Positions 41,457-53,542 of a DNA stretch of 64,000 nt are shown one piece after another. Source of the DNA: Eledone cirrhosa. Its lineage: Eukaryota. Numbering within the stretch: the stretch's first letter is position 1; each line of letters starts with the position of its first letter. The notes under the pieces were generated by a model. That model was given only the letters and a program-made list of their open reading frames with translations. It made no database searches and was not told the origin of the DNA. The position numbers and the translations under genes were made by a program. The stretch spans positions 11,098,001 through 11,162,000 of the forward strand of contig OZ024757.1 in NCBI GenBank assembly GCA_964016885.1, written 5' to 3'.

Positions 41457-41597
41457 TACTTGATCACATGAATGTCTATTTTTGTTAATATTTTGAATTA
41501 ATATTAATAACTCTGGAAAACCATAACTGTTGAGTGCTTCCCATCTATTGTAAAACTCATTCTTTGATTTATTCATTGAACCTTGTTTAACCTTTAA

Positions 41598-41631
<34 letters not shown>

Positions 41632-41715
41632 AAAGGTAAACTGAAATAACAACACAATCGGTACAGTATATGGAAGGTATATACTAGGTTAACTCTTGAT
41701 ATGGCAGGAAGAGGG

Positions 41716-41751
41716 TCTTAACGTTTTGGACGCTAGTCCTTTATCAGAAGA
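41716..41751 (-). ncRNA. Decayed minimal hammerhead (second family)
   Basis: Reverse complement reads TCTT-CTGATAA-AGGAC-TAGC-GTCC-AAAA-CGTTAAGA. Stem II GGAC/GTCC and the ACGT palindrome are kept, but both core boxes carry a G>A change. Confidence 0.5.
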
Positions 41752-41826
41752 AAGAGTGATAAATAAAACAGATATATATATAGTAAAGCACTTTACGATT
41801 AGGATTATATATATATATATATATAT

Positions 41827-42370
41827 AAGTTATTCCTGGTTGAATCAGAGGTAACCACAGTAAGTAAGGTACTCAATACATAGCAGAGTATAAAAGTTTT
41901 AATATAGAAGAGCTTCTACAGGACTAGAACTGTTTCATTCATGAGAAATCATCAGGGAGCTGCCTGTCCAAGTAGTGGTATTTATATCTCTTCTTTTCTG
42001 GTGGTAGGAGAGGGTGGGGGTTGGGATGGGTGGAGGTCATTGGTTGAAGGATTTAAAGAAAAGGGAGTTCATTAAAAGCTAATTCTTTAAAGCTATAGTA
42101 ATAACAAAGGCAGGAAGAATACTGTAAACAAAATTATGTTAGGAATACCAATCCTAGTTTATCACTTAGACTAACAATGGCTGTAAGACAGGTGTCTACA
42201 GGATGGGTGGGGTTCAATGGTTTAAAGAAAAGGGAAATTCTTTAGAAGCTAATTCTTTAAGGCTGAAATAAGGGTGACAAAGGCAGAAAGGGTTCCATCA
42301 ACAGATTCAAGTGTTGGGTGCTTCCCCTTATTGTGAAGTTTCTCTTAATATATATTCCAGGTGTCTACAA
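41827..42370 (-). mobile_element. Probable Penelope-like 3' end/pLTR remnant with a diverged ~180-bp internal duplication
   Basis: Holds the hammerhead at 41911-41961. 42024-42118 resembles 42201-42290. It is bounded by microsatellites and has no convincing ORF. Confidence 0.45.
41911..41961 (-). ncRNA. Type I hammerhead ribozyme motif (third family)
   Basis: Reverse complement reads AGCTCC-CTGATGA-TTTC(TCAT)GAAT-GAAA-CAG(TTCTAGTC)CTG-TA-GAAGCT. The core is intact, stem III is ACAG/CTGT, stem I pairs 5/6 and stem II is 3 bp closed by U.U. Confidence 0.65.
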
Positions 42371-42517
42371 ACACATTCACACACTCGCCCACTTAAACAC
42401 GTACGCACACATACACGCACACACACAACACACATACATAATGGTACATACACACATACACATATACAAATATATATACACATACATACAAATATGTGAA
42501 CATACATATGCAAACAC

Positions 42518-42572
<55 letters not shown>

Positions 42573-42577
42573 TATAA

Positions 42578-45500
42578 ATGGTGGACTGGGTGGTATTTCT
42601 AATGTCACCAACACAACCACCTTACAGGGTAGACGGGGTGGTATTTCTCATGTCAACAACACAACCACCTTACAGGGTGGACTGGGTGGTATTTCTCATG
42701 TCACCATCACAACCACCTTACAGGGTAGACTGGGTGGTATTTCTCATGTCACCAACACAACCACCTTACAGGGTAGACTGGGTGGTATTTCTCATGTCAA
42801 CAACACAGCCACCTTACAGGGTGGACTGGGTGGTATTTCTCATGTCACCAACACAACCACCTTACAGGGTAGACTGGCTGGTATTTCTCATGTCACCACC
42901 ACAACCACCTTACAGGGTAGACTGGGTGGTATTTCTCATGTCACCAACATAACCACCTTACAGGGTAGACTGGGTGGTATTTCTCATGTCACCACCACAA
43001 CCACCTTACAGGGTAGACTGGGTGGTATATCTCATGTCATCAACACAACGACCTTACAGGGTAGACTGGGTGGTATTTCTCATGTGACCAACACAACCAC
43101 CTTACAGGGTAGACTGGGTGGTATTTCTCATGTCAACAACACAACCACCTTACAGGGTAGACTGGCTGGTATTTCTCATGTCAACAACACAACCACCTTA
43201 CATGGTAGACTGGGTGGTATTTCTCATGTGACCAACACAACCACCTTACAGGGTGGACTGGGTGGTATTTCTCATGTCACCATCATAACCACCTTACAGG
43301 GTAGACTGGGTGGTATTTCTCATGTCAACAACACAACCACCTTACAGAGTAGACTGGGTGGTATTTCTCATGTCACCAACACAATCACCTTACAGGGTAG
43401 ACTGGGTGGTATTTCTCATATGACCAACACAATCACCTTACAGGGCAGACTGGGTGGTATTTCTCTTGTCACCATCACAACCACATTACAGGGTAGACTG
43501 GATGGTATTTCTTATGTCACCAGCACAACCACCTTACAGGGTAGACTGGGTGGTATTTCTCATGTCAACAAACAACCACCTTATGGAATGGTCTGGGTGG
43601 TATTTCCCATGTCACCATCACAACCACCTTTCAGGGTAGACAGGGTTGTATTTCTCATGTCACCAACACAACCACCTTACAGGGTGGACTGGGTGGTATT
43701 TCTCATGTCACGATAACAACCACCTTACAGGGTAGACTGGGTGGTATTTCTCATGTCACCAACACAACCACCTTACAGGGTGGACTGGGTGGTATTTCTC
43801 ATGTCAACAACATAACCACCTTACAGGGTGGACTGGGTGGTATTTCTCATGTCACTATCACAACCACCTTACAGGGTAGACTGGGTGGTATTTCTTATGT
43901 CAACAACACAACCACCTTACAGGGTGGACTGGGTGGTATATATCATGTCAACAACACAACCACCTCACAGGGTAGACTGGGTGGTATTTCGCAAGTGAAC
44001 AACACAACCACCTTACAGGGTAGACTGGGTGGTATTTCTCATGTCACCAGCACAACCACCTTGCAGGGTGGACTGAGTGGTATTTCTCATGTCAACAATA
44101 CAACCACCTTACAGGGTAGACTGGGTGGTATTTCTCATGTTAACAACATAACCACCTTACAGGGTGGACTGGGTGGTATTTCTCATGTCACCAACACAAC
44201 CACCTTACAGGGTGGACTGTGTGGTATTTCTCATGTCACCATCACAACCATCTTACAGGGTAGACTGAGTGGTATTTCTTATGTCAACAACACAACCACC
44301 TTACAGGGTGGACTGGGTGGTATTTCTCATGTCAACAACAGAACCAACTTACAGGGTAGACTGGGTGGTATTTCTCATGTCAACAACACAACCACCTTAC
44401 AGGGTAGACTGGGTGGTATTTCTCATGTTAACAACATAACCACCTTAACAAAACCACCTTACAGGGTGGACTGGGTGGTATTTCTCATGTGACCAACACA
44501 ACCACCTTACAGGGTGGACTGTGTGGTATTTCTCATGTCACCATCACAACCATCTTACAGGGTAGACTGAGTGGTATTTCTTATGTCAACAACACAACCA
44601 CCTTACAGGGTGGACTGGGTGGTATTTCTCATGTCAACAACAGAACCAACTTACAGGGTAGACTGGGTGGTATTTCTCATGTCACCATCACAACCACCTT
44701 ACAGGGTAGACTGGGTGGTATTTCTCATGTCACCAACACAACCACCTCACAGGGTAGACTGCGTGGTATATATCATGTCAACAACACAACCACCTTACAG
44801 GGTAGACTGGGTGGTATTTCTCATGTCACCATCACAACCACCTTAGAGGGTAGACTGGGTGGTATTTCTCATGTCACCATAACAACCACCTTAAAGGGTA
44901 GACTGGATTGGTATTTCTCATGTCACCAACATAACCACCTTACAGGGTGGATTGGGTGGTATTTATCATGTCACCAGCACAACCACCTTACAGGGTAGAC
45001 TGGGTGTTATTTCTCATGTCACCACCACAACAACCTTAAAGGGTAGACTGGATTGGTATTTCTCATGCCACCAACATAACCACCTTACAGGGTGGATTGG
45101 GTGGTATTTCTCATGACAACAACACAACCACCTTATGGAATGGTCTGGGTGGTATTTCTCATGTCAACAACACAACCACCTTACAGGGTAGACTGGGTGG
45201 TATTTCTCATGTCACCATCACAACCACCTTATAGGGTAGACTGGGTGCTATTTCTCATGTCACCAACACAACCACCTTACAGTGTAGCCTGGGTGGTATT
45301 TCTGATGTAACCAACACAACCACATTACAGGGTGGACTGGGTGGTATTTCTCATGTCAACAACATAACCACCTTGCAGGGTGAACTGGATGGTATTTCTC
45401 ATGTCACTATCACAACAACCTTACAGGGTAGACTGGGTGGTATTTCTCATGTCACCAACACAATCACCTTACAGGGTACACTGGGTGGTATTTCTCATGT

Positions 45501-48500
45501 GACCAACACAATCACCTTACAGGGTAGACTGGGTGGTATTTCTCATGTCACCAGCATAACCACATTACAGGGTAGATTGGGTGGTATTTCTTATGTCACC
45601 AGCACAACCACCTTACAGGGTAGACTGGGTGGTATTTCTCATGTCACCAGCACAACCACCTTACAGGATAGACTGGGTGGTATTTCTCATGTCAACAAAC
45701 AACCACCTTATGGAATGGTCTGGGTGGTATTTCTCATGTCACCATCACAACCACCTTACAGGGTAGACTGGGTTGTATGTCTCATGTCACCAACACAACC
45801 ACCTTACAGGGTGGACTGGGTGGTATTTCTCATGTCACGATAACAACCACATTACAGGGTAGACTGTGTGGTATTTCTCATGTCACCAACACAACTACCT
45901 TACAGGGTAGACTGGGTGGTATTTCTCATGTCACCAACACAACTACCTTACAGGGTAGACTGGGTGGTATTTCTCATGTCAACAACATAACCACCTTACA
46001 GGGTGGACTGGGTGGTATTTCTCATGTCACCATCACATCCACCTTACAGGGTAGACTGGGTGGTATTTCTTATGTCAACAACACAACCACCTTACAGGGT
46101 GGACTGGGTGGTATATATCATGTCAACAACACAACCACCTTACAGGGTAGACTGGGTGGTATTTCTCAAGTGAACATCACAACCACCTTACAGGGTAGAC
46201 TGGGCGGTATTTCTCATGTCAACAATACAACCACCTTACAGGGTGGACTGGGTGGTATATATCATGTCACCAACACAACCACCTTACAGGGTGGACTGGG
46301 TGGTATTACTCATGTCACCAACACAACCACCTTACAGGGTGGACTGGGTGGTATTTCTCATGTCACCATCACAACCACCTTACAGGGTAGAATGCGTGGT
46401 ATTTCTTATGTCAACAACACAACCACCTTACAGGGTGGACTGGGTGGTATTTCTCATGTCAACAACACAACCACCTTACAGGGTGGACTGGGTGGTATTT
46501 CTCATGTCACCATAACAACCACCTTAAAGGGTAGACTGGATTGGTATTTCTCATGTCACCAACATAACCACCTTACAGGGTGGATTGGGTGGTATTTATC
46601 ATGTCACCACCACAACCACCTTAAAGGGTAGACTGGATTGGTATTTCTCATGCCACCAACATAACCACCTTACAGGGTGGATTGGGTGGTATTTCTCATG
46701 TCAACAACACAACCACCTTATGGAATGGTCTGGGTGGTATTTCTCATGTCACCATCACACCCACCTTACAGGGTGGTTGGGTGGTATTTCTCATGTCACC
46801 ATCACAACCACCTTACAGGGTAGACTGGGTGGTATTTCTCATGTCACCAACACAACCACCTTACAGTGTAGCCTGGGTGGTATTTCTCATGTAACCAACA
46901 CAACCACATTACAGGGTGGACTGGGTGGTTTTTCTCAAGTCAACAATACAACCACCTTACAGGGTAGACTGGGTGGTATTTCTCTTGTCAACAACATAAC
47001 CACCTTACAGGGTGGACTGGGTGGTATTTCTCATGTCACTATCACAACCACCTTACAGGGTAGACTGGGTGGTATTTCTGATGTCAACAACACAACCACC
47101 TTACAGGGTAGACTGGGTGGTATTTCTCATGTTAACAACATAACCACCTTACAGGGTAGACTGGGTGGTATTTCTCTTGTCACCAACACAAATACTTTAC
47201 AGGGTGGACTGGGTGGTATTTCTCATGTCAACAACACAACCACCTTACAGGGTGGACTGGGTGGTATTTCTCATGTCTCCAACACAACCACCTTACAGGG
47301 TAGACTGGGTGGTATTTCTCATGTCACCATCATAACCACCTTACAGGGTGGACTGGGTGGTATTTCTCATGTCAACAACACAACAACTTTAAAGGGTAGA
47401 CTGGGTGGTATTTCTCATGTCACCAGCTCAACCACCTTACAGGGTGGACTGGGTGGTATTTCTCATGTCACTATCACAAACACCTTACAGGGCAGACTGG
47501 GTGGTATTTCTCATGTCAACAACACAACCACCTCACAGGGTAGACTGCGTGGTATTTCTTATGTCAACAACACAACCACATCACGGGGTAGACTGGGTGG
47601 TATTTCTCATGTCAACAACACAACCACCTTATGGAATGGTCTGGGTGGTATTTCTCATGTCACCATCACACCCACCTTACAGGGTGGTTGGGTGGTATTT
47701 CTCATGTCACCATCACAACCACCTTACAGGGTAGACTGGGTGGTATTTCTCATGTCACCAACACAACCACCTTACAGTGTAGCCTGGGTGGTATTTCTCA
47801 TGTAACCAACACAACCACATTACAGGGTGGACTGGGTGGTTTTTCTCAAGTCAACAATACAACCACCTTACAGGGTAGACTGGGTGGTATTTCTCTTGTC
47901 AACAACATAACCACCTTACAGGGTGGACTGGGTGGTATTTCTCATGTCACTATCACAACCACCTTACAGGGTAGACTGGGTGGTATTTCTGATGTCAACA
48001 ACACAACCACCTTACAGGGTAGACTGGGTGGTATTTCTCATGTTAACAACATAACCACCTTACAGGGTAGACTGGGTGGTATTTCTCTTGTCACCAACAC
48101 AAATACTTTACAGGGTGGACTGGGTGGTATTTCTCATGTCAACAACACAACCACCTTACAGGGTGGACTGGGTGGTATTTCTCATGTCTCCAACACAACC
48201 ACCTTACAGGGTAGACTGGGTGGTATTTCTCATGTCACCATCATAACCACCTTACAGGGTGGACTGGGTGGTATTTCTCATGTCAACAACACAACAACTT
48301 TAAAGGGTAGACTGGGTGGTATTTCTCATGTCACCAGCACAACCACCTTACAGGGTGGACTGGGTGGTATTTCTCATGTCACTATCACAAACACCTTACA
48401 GGGCAGACTGGGTGGTATTTCTCATGTCAACAACACAACCACCTCACAGGGTAGACTGCGTGGTATTTCTTATGTCAACAACACAACCACATCACGGGGT

Positions 48501-50580
48501 AGACTGGGTGGTATTTCTCATGTCAACAACACAACCACCTTACAGGGTAGACTGGGTGGTATTTCTCATGTCAACAACACAACCACCTTACAGGGTAGAC
48601 TGGGTGGTATTTCTCATGTCACCATCACAACCACCTTACAGGGTAGACTGGGTGGTATTTCTCATGTCACCACCACAACCACCTTACAGGGTAGACTGGG
48701 TGGTATTTCTCATGTCAACAACACAACCACCTTACAGGGTAGACTGGGTGGTATTTCTCATGTCAACAACATAACCACCTTACAGGGTAGACTGGGTGGT
48801 ATTTCTCTTGTCACCAACACAAATACTTTACAGGGTGGACTGGGTGGTATTTCTCATGTCAACAACACAACCACCTTACAGGGTGGACTGGGTGGTATTT
48901 CTCATGTCTCCAACACAACCACCTTACAGGGTAGACTGGGTGGTATTTCTCATGTCAACAACATAACCACCTTACAGGTTGGACTGGGTGGTATTTCTCA
49001 TGTCACCATCATAACCACCTTACAGGGTGGACTGGGTGGTATTTCTCATGTCAACAACACAACAACTTTAAAGGGTAGACTGGGTGGTATTTCTCATGTC
49101 ACCAGCACAACCACCTTACAGGGTGGACTGGGTGGTATTTCTCATGTCACTATCACAAACACCTTACAGGGCAGACTGGGTGGTATTTCTCATGTCAACA
49201 ACACAACCACCTCACAGGGTAGACTGGGTGGTATTTCTCATGTCACCATAACAACCACCTTAAAGGGTAGACTGGATTGGTATTTCTCATGTCACCAACA
49301 TAACCACCTTACAGGGTGGATTGGGTGGTATTTATCATGTCACCACCACAACCACCTTAAAGGGTAGACTGGATTGGTATTTCTCATGCCACCAACATAA
49401 CCACCTTACAGGGTGGATTGGGTGGTATTTCTCATGTCAACAACACAACCACCTTATGGAATGGTCTGGGTGGTATTTCTCATGTCACCATCACACCCAC
49501 CTTACAGGGTGGTTGGGTGGTATTTCTCATGTCACCATCACAACCACCTTACAGGGTAGACTGGGTGGTATTTCTCATGTCACCAACACAACCACCTTAC
49601 AGTGTAGCCTGGGTGGTATTTCTCATGTAACCAACACAACCACATTACAGGGTGGACTGGGTGGTTTTTCTCAAGTCAACAATACAACCACCTTACAGGG
49701 TAGACTGGGTGGTATTTCTCTTGTCAACAACATAACCACCTTACAGGGTGGACTGGGTGGTATTTCTCATGTCACCAACACAACCACCTTACAGGGTGGA
49801 CTGGGTGGTATTTCTCATGTCACTATCACAACCACCTTACAGGGTAGACTGGGTGGTATTTCTCTTGTCACCAACACAAATACTTTACAGGGTGGACTGG
49901 GTGGTATTTCTCATGTCAACAACACAAATACTTTACAGGATGGACTGGGTGGTATTTCTCATGTCACTATCACAACCACCTCACAGGGTAGACTGCGTGG
50001 TATTTCTTATGTCAACAACACAACCACATCACGGGGTAGACTGGGTGGTATTTCTCATGTCAACAACACAACCACCTTACAGGGTAGACTGGGTGGTATT
50101 TCTCATGTCAACAACACAACCACCTTACAGGGTAGACTGGGTGGTATTTCTCATGTCAACAACATAACGACCTTACAGGGTAGACTGGGTGGTATTTCTC
50201 ATGTCACCATCACAACCACCTTACAGGGTAGACTGGGTGGTATTTCTCATGTCACCACCACAACCACCTTACAGGGTAGACTGGGTGGTATTTCTCATGT
50301 CAACAACATAACCACCTTACAGGGTAGACTGGGTGGTATTTCTCATGTCACTAACACAACCACCTTACAGGGTAGACTGGATGGTATTTCTCATGTCACC
50401 ACCACAACCACCTTACAGGGTAGACTGGATGGTATATCTCATGTCACCACCACAATCACCTTACAGGGTGGACTGGGTGGTATTTCTCATGTCACCAACA
50501 CAACCACCTTACAGGGAGGACTGGGTAGTATTTCTCATGTCAACAACATAACCACCTTATGGAATGGTCTGGGTGGTATT
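42578..50580. repeat. Satellite array, 48-bp monomer, ~165 copies
   Basis: Consensus TTACAGGGT(A/G)GACTGGGTGGTATTTCTCATGTCA(C/A)CA(A/T)CACAACCACC, period 48 (42622 to 42670). Long ORFs occur because 48 is divisible by 3. Confidence 0.99.
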
Positions 50581-50609
50581 GGTGGGGTGGTGCCAGCACA
50601 ACCTACAAT

Positions 50610-51982
50610 GTCGACAATGTAGCATTCAGATCGAAGTTTCTTTTGATTTAATTTAATGAACCATAATCTCTTGGACTCCATTTTAACGGCCATATCAACA
50701 GCAAATTGTTGGAAAAGTCCCGAGAACGGTGTAGATGGTTGAATGAATTGTTCCTTACCATTAATCGGAAAGCGTAGAAATCCATGCAAGTGACAGATTT
50801 CCTGTAGATGTGCCTCACCATTGCCTGCCGAATGTTGAGGAATGCCGAAATGGTATCCGTCCTCGCCGTTGACAAATAGCAATGGATACTGAAGTGCTTG
50901 GTAGCACCTGTGTGTCTCATTGATACGCTGTAATGTGCTGTCTCGGTGCTTTAAAATGATATCTCTCTTGTGCTGTTCACCACAAATAACCGCAGCAATC
51001 TCATTACATGTTGGTGCGTTGAACTGACCAGCGTGTTCTCCAGATGGCCTTCGGTCAGCATGTATAACCACAATAAAGTTTTGGTCGGTGGATGTTTCCA
51101 AAGCGTATTTGAAACTGCGAACTCAGCTGTTTTGTCGTGGAGCATTTCTTGAAGTTTTATATAGTTCCAATGTTAGTTTCGGACCTCTGTCTGCTCCTGA
51201 TGGTTTCCAACGAAGTATAACTGAAGAAATTGAGGATCATTTTCTGCAGAGGCTGAATAGAACCAATCAAGTGGTAGATCTGCCCCTGGACCTTGAAAGT
51301 TGGCATGAACCCACGGGCCGAGGCAAGCTTTGCTCCGAAGGATGTCATCTGAAACGCGGAATTGTAGCGGCGGATATTACGCAGAAACTTCGATGATTCC
51401 TCCGTCGTGTCTGTCAAAGGTAGATGCAATGTCTCTGGAGGGTCATGAATAGGAGGTAGCCTAACTTTACCGTTTGAACAGCACATTCCATGTCTCTCCC
51501 CTGGACACTTTTTCGTATGACAAAACTGGCAAGTAGAGGTCATTTCCCCAATTTGAACATCTGCATGGACGGCGTAGTCGGAGGAGGGATCGTAGTTAAA
51601 GGCCTTCAACAACCGTCGTGAATTGCAAGTCCTAGAAATGCCACGTAACGATGATCGCCGCTGTTCACTTTGCAGAAGTCGGCTACGTCGTTGCTCTATA
51701 GTTTCAGTATTTCGTGCGGCAGCAGTGGCAGTGGCGTCCCTGCTTCGTCGAACGCCACGTCGTCCTTCATCCTCTTGTGCGCGAGCAGCAGCAGTCGCGG
51801 CAGCATTTTTGTTCCGTCGAAGTTCACGCCGTCATCCTCCTCCGCTCTTGCAACTGCCGTCTGCACAGCATTCTGGGAGGGCCTGATCGCAGTCGCATTT
51901 ACATCTTCAGTGAGACGCCTTCGCTTAGACCTACTTGTATCATTAGATAATCGACCAATGAGAGTTCTTTTCTTGGGGGCAT
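50610..51982 (-). pseudogene. Helitron RepHel N-terminal part, frameshifted
   Basis: MPP(K/R).. start, zinc finger CQFCHTKK..GE..GMCCSNGKVRLP, then NIRRYNSAFQMTSFG, FKVQGQIYH, FNAPTCNEIAAVI, YQALQYPLLF..GEDG, FQQFAVD and NQKKLRSE. Confidence 0.92.
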
Positions 51983-52268
51983 TGTTTTTAGAAAATTAAC
52001 CAAGGTGAACGATAAATAGTGGACAAATAACGTTTAAGTAAGCCAAAAAACAAGGATATAAATTGTGAAAAAATGTGATAAATCTATGTGGTCTGAGAAA
52101 GTGGGTATGTTTTGCAAGATTTTGTGTACCAGTCAAATTTCAGGTTTTAAGTTAGGGGCAACGCAAAGTAAGAACTAACCATTGAAAGGATACAGGCAAA
52201 AATGGCCGAAAAATGACAGCATGAAAAACTGGAACCTTATGACCATAAACACATTAACTAAACCTCCT

Positions 52269-53332
52269 TTAACCCTTTAGTGTTCAAACCGGCCGAAATT
52301 ATTTCCCCTTCATTTGTTCAAACCGCCCAAAACCGCCGTAACACCCACACTTAAATATCGTTCTAAAAATAAACAATACCGTCATCAAAATCTCGTCAAT
52401 TCGAGATTACTGCGAGATTAGGCCCTTACCGCGAAAATTAACAGTTAATATAGTGAAACAACTTAAAACAACAAGTGTTTGGTGATATCCAATTTTAGTG
52501 GACTAAATGCTGCTTACGTGCAGCAGTTGCTGCTTACTTCAATGTATGAGGGTATTCCAACAAATTTACATTCCCTTTTTTTTAGCCGTTAAAAGAAATA
52601 TAGATTTATTTATTGGTTTTTTTATTTGCCACTGGGGCATATATTTCTTTATTTGCCACGTTTTTGTTTGTTTGTTTGTTTTTTTGCGATTTATTATATA
52701 AAAAATTAAGTCCTCAATAGAGAGGCAGCCTTTTGGGGTCACACACACCCCCGTAGAAAGTGTGCGACCTTTCTGCCTGTACAAGCCGATATAGAGAGAT
52801 GGCCCACTTACACGGGCCATTATTGCTACTTTCGCTACCCGCCTAAATAAATCGCAAAAAAACAAACAAACAAAAACGTGGCAAATAAAGAAATCTATGC
52901 CCCAGTGGCAAATAAATCGCAAAAAAAAAAACAATAAATAAATCTATATTTCTTTTAACGGCTAAAAAAAAGGGAATGTAAATTTGTTGGAATAGCCTCA
53001 TACATTGAAGTAAGCAGCAACTACAGCACGTAAGCAGCATTTAGTCCACTAAAATTGGATATCGCCCAAGTGTTTTTTTAACGTTGAAAGTAGAACAGAT
53101 TTTTTGTTTGTATCAACATGGCTTATGAAAGTAGCGATACCGACTTTCAAGTTTTTACACACGACGACATTCAGAATAAACAAGAAACAAAAGATAATAT
53201 TAGTGATTTATCTTCAAATGAATCAGATGTTTACATTTCTGAAATTTCATCCGACGATGATTGTTGTTTTGAAAGTGAAAACGAAGATCGAACGTAAACT
53301 TCAAAAGTTATCAGGTACTAATACAGTGTTAA
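52269..53332 (+). mobile_element. piggyBac-like remnant inserted in the Helitron
   Basis: TTAA|CCCTTTAG left end. An acidic transposase-like N-terminus MAYESSDTDFQVF...SSDDD starts at ~53118. A second TTAA lies at 53329-53332, but the right TIR is poor. Confidence 0.6.
52481..53066. mobile_element. 586-bp MITE with ~215-bp TIRs and 9-bp TSD (Merlin- or Mutator-type)
   Basis: Termini GGTGATATCC.../...GGATATCGCC, flanked by an exact CAAGTGTTT duplication at 52472-52480 and 53067-53075. Confidence 0.9.
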
Positions 53333-53542
53333 TGTGACCTTCAATAGATAAGTAGAAGGGAGAGGCTTAAGGGGGCTACTTGCCCCTGGGGGCCCCCCAC
53401 AATCGATGTACAGAAAAATAAAATAGCCTACGACGCGTAATAGGACTTTAGTAACCTATGTATGAAATTTTGTGCAAATCGGTTGTAAAATGTAGAAATG
53501 CATGCAGTTAAACAAACAGACATCTTCTGTTTTATATATAGA

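Larger units (their letters stand above)
41196..41599. mobile_element. Non-coding palindromic Penelope-pLTR-like element, copy 2, in (TA)n
   Basis: Arms 41196-41337 and 41363-41504 are inverted around a 25-nt spacer. The right arm has a ~95-bp extra tail. Each arm holds a hammerhead motif. Confidence 0.8.
50605..53542 (-). mobile_element. Helitron, 3'-truncated, with nested piggyBac and MITE
   Basis: The minus-strand 5' end A|TCTATATATAAAACAGAAGATGTCTG is at 53542. The RepHel N-terminal region follows and is cut at the 48-bp satellite. Confidence 0.88.

Noticed and set aside
42496-50622. 16-aa repeat protein (LQGRLGGISHVTNTTT)n, ORFs up to 578 aa
   Set aside because: The unit length is a multiple of 3 and more than one frame is open. 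There are many frameshifts, an in-frame TAG near 45232 and mostly non-synonymous variation. No start, signal peptide or splice context is present.
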